Part shown: in pieces, positions 50,606 to 60,221 of the stretch | Layout: each line of letters opens with the position of its first letter | How positions within the stretch are numbered: position 1 is the stretch's first letter | NCBI GenBank assembly: GCA_934177725.1 | Contig: CAKPPO010000009.1 | Location: 6,290 to 70,289 of the forward strand | Source of the DNA: an uncultured Clostridia bacterium | GTDB lineage: Bacteria; Bacillota; Clostridia; TANB77; CAG-508 | Direction: 5' to 3' | DNA: 64,000 nt | Notes under the pieces: generated by a model | The model's database searches: none | Seen by the model: only the letters and a program-made list of their open reading frames with translations | Told to the model about the DNA's origin: nothing | Made by a program: the position numbers and the translations under genes

Positions 50606-51541
50606 ATGTTAGGAGAAAAAATAAAATTATATAGAGAAAACTTAAATATGACTCAAAATGAAATTGCAGAAGTACTAGGAGTTAAATCTACAACTATTTC
50701 AAAATATGAGTCTGGAATTCTAGAACCTAATATTGAATCATTAAAAAAATTATCTGAACTATTTAATGTTTCAATTGACGAATTACTAAAAGACGATACT
50801 TTTAATGTATCTAAAATAAATATTTTAGACATATTAAGGGAACAAAAAAATATGAAATTAAAAGGTAATTTGTATCATAATACACAAATCAGTTTTGCTT
50901 ATAATACAAATCACATAGAAGGAAGTAAACTTACAGAAGATCAAACTAGATATATTTATGAAACTAACACTTTATTAGCCTCAAAAGATACTATTATAGG
51001 TATAGACGATATTTTAGAAACTGCAAATCATTTTAAATTGGTCGATTATATGTTAGACATAGCAGATAAAAAATTAACTGAAAAAATGATAAAAGAATTT
51101 CATAAAATCCTAAAAGAAGGAACATCAGATAGTATAAAAGAGTGGTTTATTGTTGGCGATTATAAGAAACTTCCAAACGAAGTCGGCAGTTTAAAAACTA
51201 CTGAACCTAAAAACGTAGAAAGAGATATGAAAAAATTGCTAGAATGGTATAATTCTATAAATCAAATAACTATAAAGGAAATAATTGAATTTCATGCAAA
51301 ATTTGAAAAAATACATCCGTTTCAAGATGGTAATGGAAGAATTGGTAGAATAATTGCTTTTAAAGAATGTTTAAAAAATAATATTGTACCATTTATAATT
51401 TTAGATAATGAAAAATTATTTTATTATAGAGGCTTAAACGAATATCAATCTAATAAGGAAAAAGGATATTTAATTGATACTTGTTTAAATGCCCAAGATC
51501 AATATATTGAAATGATTAAATATTATATAGATATTAAATAA
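50606..51541 (+). CDS. Fic-family protein with an N-terminal XRE-type HTH domain
   Basis: HTH LNMTQNEIAEVLGVKSTTISKYESG and Fic motif HPFQDGNGRIGR. An inhibitory-helix-like TNHIEG matches [ST]xxxE[GN]. The start is set at ATG 50606 after an AAGGAG RBS. Confidence 0.88.
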   Translation: MLGEKIKLYRENLNMTQNEIAEVLGVKSTTISKYESGILEPNIESLKKLSELFNVSIDELLKDDTFNVSKINILDILREQKNMKLKGNLYHNTQISFAYNTNHIEGSKLTEDQTRYIYETNTLLASKDTIIGIDDILETANHFKLVDYMLDIADKKLTEKMIKEFHKILKEGTSDSIKEWFIVGDYKKLPNEVGSLKTTEPKNVERDMKKLLEWYNSINQITIKEIIEFHAKFEKIHPFQDGNGRIGRIIAFKECLKNNIVPFIILDNEKLFYYRGLNEYQSNKEKGYLIDTCLNAQDQYIEMIKYYIDIK

Positions 51542-51550
51542 GAAACTTTT

Positions 51551-51590
51551 AAAAAACAAAAAATCCGCTATAGCGGATTTTTTGTTTTTT
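51551..51590. terminator. Bidirectional terminator
   Basis: 18-bp stem aaaaaacaaaaaatccgc / gcggattttttgtttttt with loop tata. Confidence 0.75.
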
Positions 51591-51602
51591 TATATTTATT
51601 TT

Positions 51603-52847
51603 TTATTCAGCTTTCTCTCCACAATTGCTACAGAATTTTGAATCTTTGCCTAATTTACTATTGCATTTTTTGCAAGTTCTTGGCTTTGGTGATCCACAAT
51701 TTGTACAGAAGTTTCCTTCATTTTCGCTTCCACAATCACAAGTCCATTTATTAGAAACTGGTTCTTTTGCTTCTTCTGCAACTGTTGGTTCTTCAGTTTT
51801 TGTCTCTTCTACTGGTTTTTCTACTACTTCTTCTTGTTTGTTTAAATCCATTTTGCTATTTTCAGTATTATTCCATGGTCCAGAAACTGCTCCTCCAACT
51901 ACATTTCCAGTATTCATGTTCATCATTCCGATTCCCATAAATCCGTTCATTGCTCCTCCGCTGTTTTCTGCTGCGCTTTTAACGGCTTCTGAATATGCAC
52001 TAACCATTTTTCCTTGTTGCATATAAGCATTTGAGCTTAATTCGTAGTCATCTATTTTCTTTTCAGATTCTGCATCTAAAGTAACAGATTCTACAGCGAA
52101 ACTATCTATTTTAATTCCTCTTTCACGAATTTTCTCGTCAAATACTTTTTCATCCATCATTTGTCTAATTTCGTCTGTTTGGCTTGGCATTTCAAGTACT
52201 GGTACTTTGTATTTTGAAGTTCCTAATTCATTTGTTACATTTTGGAATACTGCTATTACTTCGCTTCTTAGTTGTTCTACAACTTGATCTTTTTTGTATA
52301 TATCAGCTGTTCCTGCTAATTTTTGCATAAATAATGCTGGATCCATAATGCTAAATGTAAATTTGCCAAAACATTTAATTTGAACTCTTAATGGAGTTAA
52401 TGTATTTGTCATTTGGTTTGGAATTGGATGTGACCAATCTTGGAATGGTATTGGTGCAGGTGTTCCAAACTTATTATCCATAATTTCTTTAATATTAAAG
52501 AAGAATACAGCTTGTTCTTTTGCTGTTGCTCCATTAAATGTAAATCTTTGCCACATTTCTTTAAATACTGCTCCAAATTGTCCTGCAAAGAAAGATGGAG
52601 ATGATGAACTATCAAATGTATAGAATCCATCTTCTGCAGTAGCATCTATAACCCTACCATTATCATATATAACAGCACATTGTCCAGGTGCTACTATAAT
52701 TGTACTTTTGTTAGTAATAACTCCTGTAGGTGTTGTTTTTTTTACCATTAATACATCATTTGTCATGTTTTCGCAACGAATTGCTTCTTTCCATTGATCA
52801 TGTAATGTACTTCCTACAGCATCTTTTGCTGCTTTAATTAATCCCAT
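51603..52847 (-). CDS. SPFH-domain protein (YdjI-like) with C-terminal double zinc ribbon
   Basis: N-terminus MGLIKAAKDAVGS... and an SPFH-like core. The C-terminus is WTCDCGSENEGNFCTNCGSPKPRTCKKCNSKLGKDSKFCSNCGE. Confidence 0.7.
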   Translation of the reverse strand: MGLIKAAKDAVGSTLHDQWKEAIRCENMTNDVLMVKKTTPTGVITNKSTIIVAPGQCAVIYDNGRVIDATAEDGFYTFDSSSSPSFFAGQFGAVFKEMWQRFTFNGATAKEQAVFFFNIKEIMDNKFGTPAPIPFQDWSHPIPNQMTNTLTPLRVQIKCFGKFTFSIMDPALFMQKLAGTADIYKKDQVVEQLRSEVIAVFQNVTNELGTSKYKVPVLEMPSQTDEIRQMMDEKVFDEKIRERGIKIDSFAVESVTLDAESEKKIDDYELSSNAYMQQGKMVSAYSEAVKSAAENSGGAMNGFMGIGMMNMNTGNVVGGAVSGPWNNTENSKMDLNKQEEVVEKPVEETKTEEPTVAEEAKEPVSNKWTCDCGSENEGNFCTNCGSPKPRTCKKCNSKLGKDSKFCSNCGEKAE

Positions 52848-52973
52848 AATTTTTCCTCCTTATTTTAGTTGAAGCAAAAAGGGCAGATGAATCAAAATTA
52901 TTTTTTAGTCGTTCGAGCCGAAAGCGAGTTACGAATAAAATATGCAAATGCAACGTCCCTTTTGCGTCATTTT

Positions 52974-53894
52974 TTATCTTAATGGCTCTAAGCCAGATAG
53001 TACCCAAGTATTTGCTCCTGTTGTTATAACACTTCCGCAGTATTCGCATTTTCCTGCAGATGTAATTTCTGTTGGTGCTCCGCAGTTTGGGCAATTTGTT
53101 GTTTTAACTTTAGCTGTTCCTTCTGGAGTTAATACACCAGTTTTTCTTTCAAATGTTAATTTATATACTGTTGTTCTATCTTGTGTTTTGCTTCCTTCTA
53201 GAAGTTGTTGTGTTTTTGCATCAATTATATAATCTTTCATTGTAGATTTTAATGCAATTTCTAATATATCTCTATCTCCTTCTTGTCTGAAGTTATAAAG
53301 AGCTGCGTAATTTACTGCTATTCTATCCATTACATTAATACGATTTGTATCTATATAACCTTGAACTTGTGCTTTGTGTTGTTCAAATAGGCTTTCTGTT
53401 TCAAATGGTCTCATTGGCTCCCAGTCTCTTGCTGTCCATGCATTTTGTAATTTTACAAATAAATCTTTTGCAAATGATAACATTTTTTCTTCTGAGAAGT
53501 TTGGATCAAATTTCTTAATAGCTTCTGCATAAATATGTGATTTACTTGTATCTACTACTGGCATTGGACGAGTTGGTGTTGGGGCAACATTGTAATTTCG
53601 TTGTCCTTTTCCTTTCTTAGAATTAGCACTTATTATTATTGCTATAATTATTATAAAAACTACTGTTCCAAATCCTACTCCAAAAGAGCCTGAACCTGAA
53701 CTTGAGCTATAATCATCATCCCAATCCCAACTTGAAGAACTTGAACCCCAGTCTGATGAGCTAGAACCCCAATCTGATGATGAGCTTCCACTATCATATC
53801 TATCAAAACTTCCAACGTCTGCAAAACTTAATGTATGTATTCCTATTATTATAAAAGATAATAAAACAATTGCTATATTTCTTATTTTTTTCAT
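52974..53894 (-). CDS. Tim44-like domain membrane protein with a Ser/Asp/Trp repeat and a C-terminal zinc ribbon
   Basis: Signal peptide, SSSSDWGSSSSDWGSSSSSWDWDDDY, a TM segment, a Tim44-like core (FDPNFSEEKMLSFAKDLFVKLQNAWTARDWEPMRPF) and CPNCGAP...CEYCGS. Confidence 0.7.
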   Translation of the reverse strand: MKKIRNIAIVLLSFIIIGIHTLSFADVGSFDRYDSGSSSSDWGSSSSDWGSSSSSWDWDDDYSSSSGSGSFGVGFGTVVFIIIIAIIISANSKKGKGQRNYNVAPTPTRPMPVVDTSKSHIYAEAIKKFDPNFSEEKMLSFAKDLFVKLQNAWTARDWEPMRPFETESLFEQHKAQVQGYIDTNRINVMDRIAVNYAALYNFRQEGDRDILEIALKSTMKDYIIDAKTQQLLEGSKTQDRTTVYKLTFERKTGVLTPEGTAKVKTTNCPNCGAPTEITSAGKCEYCGSVITTGANTWVLSGLEPLR

Positions 53895-54189
53895 TCGTTC
53901 ACCTCCTACTTTGCTCTTTAATTTTTATGCTTTGCATAATACTTTTATGCTTTTACCTTATACATTTATAATATAATTTTTTAATACATTTTGTCAATCT
54001 TTTTTGCATATTGGCATATTTTGTCTAATTTTTCTAGTTACCTCAAAATTATCCCAAAAGTTTCATGTTCTTTTTGCTAGCTTTTGCGTAATTATCTAAT
54101 TTTCTTTTCAGAAAATAGTAGACTTTTTTCATTTATTATAGTACAATGTTTGAGATTTAAATTTATATTAAAGCAAAGGAGTTTTTTTA

Positions 54190-54756
54190 ATGGCAACTTT
54201 ACCAATTGTTGTAAAATATTTAATAGTATTTTTTGTAAGTATGGTACCTATTGTAGAATTAAGAGGTGCTATTCCAATTGCAGAAAGTTTAGGTTTAAAT
54301 ATATTTTTGTATTATCCTATAGCTATTATAGGAAATATGCTTCCTGTACCAATCATTTACCTATTTGCAAGAAAAGTACTTGAGTGGGGAAAAGATAAAA
54401 AAATAATAGGAAAATTTTTCACTTGGTGTTTAGAAAAAGGTGAAAAAGGTGGAGAAAAACTAAAAAAATCTGCTGGAAACAACGGAATATTTTGGGCATT
54501 ACTAATATTTGTTGGTATTCCTTTACCTGGCACTGGTGCATGGACAGGCACATTAGCTGCTTCATTTTTGAACTTAGATTTCAAAACTAGTGTAACTGCA
54601 GTAGCTTTAGGTGTTTTATTAGCTGGTATTATAATGTCTTTAGGTAGTAAAATTGTATCAATACTTGGATGGCCAGGTGTAATCGCAATTATAGCAGTTT
54701 TACTTGTAATTATAGTAGCATCAGTTATTATCAAAAAAAGAAAAAATCGCAATTAA
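54190..54756 (+). CDS. Small multidrug export-like membrane protein (COG2426 family)
   Basis: VSMVPIVELRGAIPIAESLGL motif and TM helices. Confidence 0.65.
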   Translation: MATLPIVVKYLIVFFVSMVPIVELRGAIPIAESLGLNIFLYYPIAIIGNMLPVPIIYLFARKVLEWGKDKKIIGKFFTWCLEKGEKGGEKLKKSAGNNGIFWALLIFVGIPLPGTGAWTGTLAASFLNLDFKTSVTAVALGVLLAGIIMSLGSKIVSILGWPGVIAIIAVLLVIIVASVIIKKRKNRN

Positions 54757-54784
54757 AGTTCTCACATAACATATAAAAAAACAC

Positions 54785-54882
54785 AATCAAGATTTTGTAC
54801 GCAGTGCAAACTGCTACAAAATCTAATTTCTGCCATATTTATCTTCTACAGAAAGTTATCAACTTTCCTAGAATATCAAAAA
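54785..54882 (+). repeat. Intergenic repeat family, copy A (downstream of xth)
   Basis: aatcaagattttgtacgcagtgcaaactgctacaaaatctaatttctgccatatttatcttctacagaaagttatcaactttcctagaata... aligns with copy B. Confidence 0.85.
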
Positions 54883-54939
54883 CAAACCACGTAAATAAAC
54901 CGTGGTTTATTTTTTTAGTTAATTATTGAGTGTCATTTT

Positions 54940-55695
54940 TTATACCTCTATATCTAATTCTATTGGACAATGGTCACTTCCCATAACTTCACTATGTATT
55001 TTACTATCTTCTATTTTTTCTTTTAAAATATTTGAAGTTATAAAATAATCTATTCTCCACCCAACATTTTTTTCACGTGCTTTCATCATATAAGACCACC
55101 ATGTATAGGCATTTTCTTTTTCAGGATACAGGTATCTAAAGCTATCTATAAATCCAGCGTTTAATAATTCAGTCATCTTATTTCTTTCTTCATCTGTAAA
55201 ACCTGCACTATAATGATTTGTTTTCGGATTTTTTAAATCAATTTCTTCATGAGCCACATTTAAGTCTCCACAATAAATTACAGGTTTTGTTTCTTCTAAT
55301 TTTTTTAAATATCTTCTTATCTCATCTTCCCAAATTTTACGATATTCTAGTCTTTCTAACTCTCTCTTTGAATTTGGAGTATAACAATTAACTAAATAAA
55401 ACTTTTCATATTCAGCTGTTATTATTCTTCCTTCTTGATCATGTTCTTCTATTCCTATACCATATGCAACATTTATTGGTTTTTCTTTAGTAAATACTGC
55501 TGTTCCAGAATATCCTTTTTTTATTGCACTATTAAAATATTGATAATATCCATCTAATATAAGTTCTATTTGACCTTCTTGCATTTTTGTCTCTTGAATG
55601 CAAAAAATGTCCGCATCTATCTGTTTAAAAAAATCCATAAATCCTTTATTTATAACCGCTCTTATGCCATTTACGTTCCAAGATATCAATTTCAT
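54940..55695 (-). CDS. xth: Exodeoxyribonuclease III
   Basis: MKLISWNVNGIRA, QETK and the C-terminal SDHCPI motif. The start is set at the ATG for MKLISW. Confidence 0.93.
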   Translation of the reverse strand: MKLISWNVNGIRAVINKGFMDFFKQIDADIFCIQETKMQEGQIELILDGYYQYFNSAIKKGYSGTAVFTKEKPINVAYGIGIEEHDQEGRIITAEYEKFYLVNCYTPNSKRELERLEYRKIWEDEIRRYLKKLEETKPVIYCGDLNVAHEEIDLKNPKTNHYSAGFTDEERNKMTELLNAGFIDSFRYLYPEKENAYTWWSYMMKAREKNVGWRIDYFITSNILKEKIEDSKIHSEVMGSDHCPIELDIEV

Positions 55696-55725
55696 AATAA
55701 TTTTCCTCACTTTCTTAAAAACCAG

Positions 55726-55834
55726 AATTAAGATTTTGTACGCAGTGTAAACTGCTACAAAATTTAATTTCTGCCATATTTATCTTCTACAGAAAGTTAT
55801 CATACTATGATAGCTTTCCTAGAATACAAAAAAA
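55726..55834 (+). repeat. Intergenic repeat family, copy B (upstream of xth, full length)
   Basis: Same element as copy A, with hairpin 2 extended by a 12-nt palindromic insertion (atcatactatgat). Confidence 0.85.
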
Positions 55835-55913
55835 TTCATTTAAATTATTAATTTTTTTATATTTCTAATACAAAAAGGATCAATTGGGGACTGTCCCTAA
55901 TTGACCCAAATTT

Positions 55914-56906
55914 TTAAAATTCATAAATATATGCTTCTAAAGTTCTTCTTCCATATTGAAGTGCACTGCTATGAGAACCCATATAAATATCTAATTTGCT
56001 ATTTGATATAGCGCCACCTCTGTCTTGCACTACAAACCATCCGCCATTTGGTTTATTTGCTAAAGCTGGAATATATATTACAGTTCCTATTTTGTAACCT
56101 TTTCCAGCAGCCACAGTATACCATGCTGATGCTTTTGCACCTGAGGCTGTAATTCCATTTGTTTTACCACAACATTTTGCACAAGAGCAATATGCTGAGG
56201 TGTTAAGTGTTCTTACTGTAGGTGTAATTCCTTGTACTTTTTTTGCAAGTGTTGTTGAAGCTGTAAGAGCAGGGTTTGAAGTTGCAACCCTTTCGTCTGA
56301 ACTTCTTGAGGTTACTTGTACAGTTCTTACTTCTACTATTTTGTTTACTGGTTCTTTAATAATTGTATTAGAAATTTCTGTTCTTTCAATTTCTTCTTCG
56401 TTCTGATATTTTATTTTGTAAGTTACTTCTCTTAATCCATTTTTACCATTTTGTATAACTTTATTTTGTTTTGTTCCCTCTCCTGTTGCTTCTTTTGTAA
56501 TTGTTTCAAATGGAATAACTTCTTGTTCTGTAACTAATTTTTCTACAATTGTTCCATAAGAACTTAATATTTCTTCTGCTGAAATTACTTTTTCTACTTC
56601 AGCTTTTTCTAATATTTCATCTATTTTGTTTGAAATTCTTATTGTTTTATTTTCTGATATTTCTTCTTCAAGACTTGGAGTTACCACTTCATCTTCTGCT
56701 AAAGAAATATGATTTTCTTTTAATATGTCTTCTACTTTTGTTTTAGCTGTTAATACTACCATTTCATAATCATTAGAAAGTATAATTTTTACATTTGTAA
56801 TTTTTGCGTTGGATGCCATAACTCCTATTCCTGTTAAGAACATAAGTATTAAGCTAATTGCTAATATTTTTATTAGCGATCCAGACGCTTTTTCATTCTT
56901 GTTCAT
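55914..56906 (-). CDS. YabE-like cell-wall protein (DUF348 / G5 / 3D domains)
   Basis: TM anchor, a DUF348-like repeat, a G5 region (GLREVTYKIKYQNEEE) and a C-terminal 3D domain (VAAGKGYKIGTVIYIP...VVQDRGGAI). The start is set at ATG 56904-56906, downstream of a perfect promoter and RBS. Confidence 0.85.
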   Translation of the reverse strand: MNKNEKASGSLIKILAISLILMFLTGIGVMASNAKITNVKIILSNDYEMVVLTAKTKVEDILKENHISLAEDEVVTPSLEEEISENKTIRISNKIDEILEKAEVEKVISAEEILSSYGTIVEKLVTEQEVIPFETITKEATGEGTKQNKVIQNGKNGLREVTYKIKYQNEEEIERTEISNTIIKEPVNKIVEVRTVQVTSRSSDERVATSNPALTASTTLAKKVQGITPTVRTLNTSAYCSCAKCCGKTNGITASGAKASAWYTVAAGKGYKIGTVIYIPALANKPNGGWFVVQDRGGAISNSKLDIYMGSHSSALQYGRRTLEAYIYEF

Positions 56907-56940
56907 AAAAATTTTTTCCTCCTTTTTCTTCGGCGATACA

Positions 56941-56969
56941 ATTATACCATTACTTAATTTAAGTGTCAA
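56941..56969 (-). promoter_or_regulatory. Consensus sigma-A promoter for the yabE-like gene
   Basis: Minus sense TTGACA - 17 nt - TATAAT, followed by a GGAGG RBS and the ATG. Confidence 0.65.
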
Positions 56970-57110
56970 ATTTTGATGCATTTTGTAACGCTTAGGGGCT
57001 CTTAGCTTTTGTCTAATTTACATATTGTAAATTCTCTCTAATATATATTATATGTGGCTTGTACCAAAAAAATGAATAATTTTAAAAATTTTCCAAATAA
57101 CAATTGTAAA

Positions 57111-57893
57111 TTATATTTCAAAAATTCTTAAAGCATTTTCATACGTAGCTTTTGCTACTTCTTCTAAAGGAATACTTTTAAATTCTGCTATTTTTTCTGC
57201 AACTAATTTAACATTTCTAGAATCATTTCTTGTTCCTCTTTTAGGCTCTGGTGTCAAGTATGGACTATCTGTTTCAATTAATATTCTATCTAATGGGACC
57301 ATACTAACTACGTCTTTAGCATTTTTTGAATTTTTAAATGTAATTGGACCCGCAAAGGATATATAAAATCCTAATTTTAAAGCTTCTTTCACTAATTCCT
57401 GATTTAATGGACAACAATGAAATATTCCTTTTTTATTTACTTCATGTTTTTTAAGCATATCTATTGTATCCATTACCGCTTCTCTTGTATGAATAACTAT
57501 TGGTAAGTTATATTTATTTGCAAGTTCTATTTGCTTTTTAAACATTTCCTTTTGTATTTCTTTATTTTCTTTATTCCAATAATAATCTAATCCTATTTCT
57601 CCTACGGCCATAACCTTTTTATTTTTGTCCTGCTCTATTATATTCTCTATTTCTTTTACCATTTTGTTAATATCTTCTACATTTTCTGGCACGTCATTTG
57701 GTGAAATTCCACAAATTGAATAGATAAATTCATTCTCACTTGCAAGCTTTACACTAAATATAGATGAAGGAATGTCATAACCTGCGCAAATCCATTTTGT
57801 TATTCCTTCTTCATATGTTTTCTTTATAATTTCTTCTCTATCTCCATTGAACTTTTCATCATTATAATGTGAATGTGAATCAAAAAATTCCAT
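57111..57893 (-). CDS. tatD: TatD-family metal-dependent hydrolase (YabD-like)
   Basis: FDSHSHY, GEIGLDYYW, IHTREA and ETDSPYL motifs. Confidence 0.92.
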   Translation of the reverse strand: MEFFDSHSHYNDEKFNGDREEIIKKTYEEGITKWICAGYDIPSSIFSVKLASENEFIYSICGISPNDVPENVEDINKMVKEIENIIEQDKNKKVMAVGEIGLDYYWNKENKEIQKEMFKKQIELANKYNLPIVIHTREAVMDTIDMLKKHEVNKKGIFHCCPLNQELVKEALKLGFYISFAGPITFKNSKNAKDVVSMVPLDRILIETDSPYLTPEPKRGTRNDSRNVKLVAEKIAEFKSIPLEEVAKATYENALRIFEI

Positions 57894-58021
57894 TTAAGTT
57901 TATACTTCTCGTATAATAATTATACAAGTTTCTCCTTTCTTTTATTTTTTAATCAATTTGAAATTAGCTTTTTATTCAAATTTGTTTTATTTTCAAGCAG
58001 TTTATTCTTATAAATTTTTCT

Positions 58022-58390
58022 TTAAAACACTATTATACAATTTGCAACTGCATATTCTTCTAAATGTGAAATGCTAATATCTATTTGTTTTATGTTATAA
58101 TCATTGTTTAAAAAATGCACATATGGTCTACCATTTTCGTCGTTTAATATTTCTACATCTTTCCATGTTATTTCATATTTATCTTTTAACGTATTTGAAA
58201 TTGCTTTAAATATTGCCTCTTTCGCTGCAAATCTAGCCGCAAAGTGTTGATATTTCATATTATTTTTGCTGTTGCAATATTCTATTTCTTTTTCTGTATA
58301 TATTTTATTTAGGAAGTTATCTCCCTTTCTTTCTATACTTTCTTTTATTCTGCAGACTTCTATTATGTCTGTACCACAATTTATTTTCAA
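58022..58390 (-). CDS. acpS: Holo-[acyl-carrier-protein] synthase
   Basis: GTDIIEVCRI, FAAKEAIFKA and ISISH motifs; 122 aa. Confidence 0.9.
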   Translation of the reverse strand: MKINCGTDIIEVCRIKESIERKGDNFLNKIYTEKEIEYCNSKNNMKYQHFAARFAAKEAIFKAISNTLKDKYEITWKDVEILNDENGRPYVHFLNNDYNIKQIDISISHLEEYAVANCIIVF

Positions 58391-58612
58391 TTTTTTCTCC
58401 TCGCTATTTATAATAACTTTTTATAATTAATTTTGTAGTTTAAAAATTTATATTTTAAGCTCCAATCACACTAAAATCTTATATTTTATTAACATACTTT
58501 TAATTTTTAAAGAGTATCTCATGTCTCATGTAACACCAAAAGTGTCAAAAAGGGGCGTCCCTATTGCCACACTATTGCCACACGCAGGAAACGTCCCCAA
58601 AGGAGTGTTGTT

Positions 58613-60133
58613 TTATTTTGTATAATAGTTTGCATTGATGTCTGTTGCTAAATGCCATTTGCCAATGAAATCTACTACTAGAACATCATCTAATGTGTTA
58701 GTACATTCTACTACTACATTTCCTTTAGCGTCTAGGCAACCCCATTTTCCGTCTTTTTTTACTGCAACATATCCATATTTATTTTGTTCTGTTGCATCTT
58801 CATATTTATAATCTACTACAACTATACCTTTATCGTTTACATATCCGTATTTTCCATCTTTTTTGCTTAAGAATATTGTATTTGTTGCAAGTATTTCTTT
58901 GCTTTCTTTTTGTTCTAATTTGAAGTTATAGTATTTATATTCGTCATTTTCTCTAACTCTTATGTAATTTTTATCGTCGTTTATTTGTGCTATTATTCCC
59001 TTAACTTTAACTTTTAAGTTTCTATCTAATAGTTCTGATTCCATATTTTCTGTTTCTGCTTGTAATATTCCTATAGTATCTAGATATTTTATATATGTAT
59101 AATTGAATGAAAGTTTTTCTTCGTTTTTCTCATTAACTATTCCATATTTTCCTTCTTTTTTTGCAATGTAGTAATTGTCGAATGTATATGTTAAATCATC
59201 ATATGTTGCAGGTATTTTTTCTACTCCATTTATTGTTTTTACTCCATATTTTCCATTTACTTTTACTACTATATTATCTGTATTTATTTGTTTTACTTCT
59301 TCAAATGCGTTTACTAAAAATTCTTCTCCATTTGTATTTACTATTTTAGAATCTGAACCTTCTTTTACAACATACATTTTATTTTCGCTAACTGGACTTA
59401 TTTCATCATATTTTTCTTCTAGTGCTACTGTTTTGTCATTGTTAATTACTCCATATTTTCCTTGGTCATTTTTTACAATAAATCCATTTGAATATTTACT
59501 TGTAAGAGCACTTATTTCTGTATAATTGTTTTCAATTATTACTTTTCCCATGTTGTCTACTAATCCTTTTTTACCATTAGCAGTTGTAATGTATACTAAT
59601 TTTGTACCTAACATTGGTTCTATATTGTCTTCTGTGCAAGCTAATATTTCTTTTCCGTCTAAATTTATTAAACCATATTTTCCGTCTTTTTGCACTTTTA
59701 GTATATTGCTTTCATACCATATATTATTATTCTCATCATGATTGTATATTACTTCTACTTGTTCATAATTTGTAAATAGTTGTTTTCCTTTTTCATCTAT
59801 TGCTTTTGTTTTAAATGTATCGTTTGTATAGTCTACATTTTCCATACAAATAAATACTGGTTTTGTATTGTCTGGAATTACAATCATTTCTTCATATTCT
59901 GGTTTAATAACTATATTTCCTCTTGTATCTATTACTCCCCATTTTTCGTTTTCATATAAAGTATAATATGCTAGAGCAAATGTCTTTTCATTTGTTTTTG
60001 AACTACTTCCTTTTAATAATTCTTTCATTCCTATAACAAACATTGCTATAACAATTATGGCTATAATTACTGCGAATACTTTTTTCTTGTTTATTTTTCT
60101 TTCGTCGTTGTTATATCTTCTACCTCTACTCAT
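58613..60133 (-). CDS. Membrane-anchored WG (KWG) repeat protein
   Basis: N-terminal TM segment and many repeats of the G(K/E)(Y/W)G(V/L/Y)(I/V)N..G type. Confidence 0.75.
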   Translation of the reverse strand: MSRGRRYNNDERKINKKKVFAVIIAIIVIAMFVIGMKELLKGSSSKTNEKTFALAYYTLYENEKWGVIDTRGNIVIKPEYEEMIVIPDNTKPVFICMENVDYTNDTFKTKAIDEKGKQLFTNYEQVEVIYNHDENNNIWYESNILKVQKDGKYGLINLDGKEILACTEDNIEPMLGTKLVYITTANGKKGLVDNMGKVIIENNYTEISALTSKYSNGFIVKNDQGKYGVINNDKTVALEEKYDEISPVSENKMYVVKEGSDSKIVNTNGEEFLVNAFEEVKQINTDNIVVKVNGKYGVKTINGVEKIPATYDDLTYTFDNYYIAKKEGKYGIVNEKNEEKLSFNYTYIKYLDTIGILQAETENMESELLDRNLKVKVKGIIAQINDDKNYIRVRENDEYKYYNFKLEQKESKEILATNTIFLSKKDGKYGYVNDKGIVVVDYKYEDATEQNKYGYVAVKKDGKWGCLDAKGNVVVECTNTLDDVLVVDFIGKWHLATDINANYYTK

Positions 60134-60221
60134 ATTTATATCTCCTTGTTCTTTTTAGGACTTTTCTTTTTATACTATAACATATTTTGACATAAAAAAA
60201 CAAGGTTTTACACCCTGTTTT

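Noticed and set aside
52834-53232. ORFs 52834-53094 (-) and 52942-53232 (+)
   Set aside because: They overlap the Tim44-like gene or the intergenic spacer in alternative frames, with no motifs or RBS.
54084-54752. ORFs 54084-54383 (+) and 54357-54752 (-)
   Set aside because: They overlap the promoter region or the antisense strand of the COG2426-like membrane protein gene (54190-54756), which has a conserved ELRGAIP motif. Neither has independent support.
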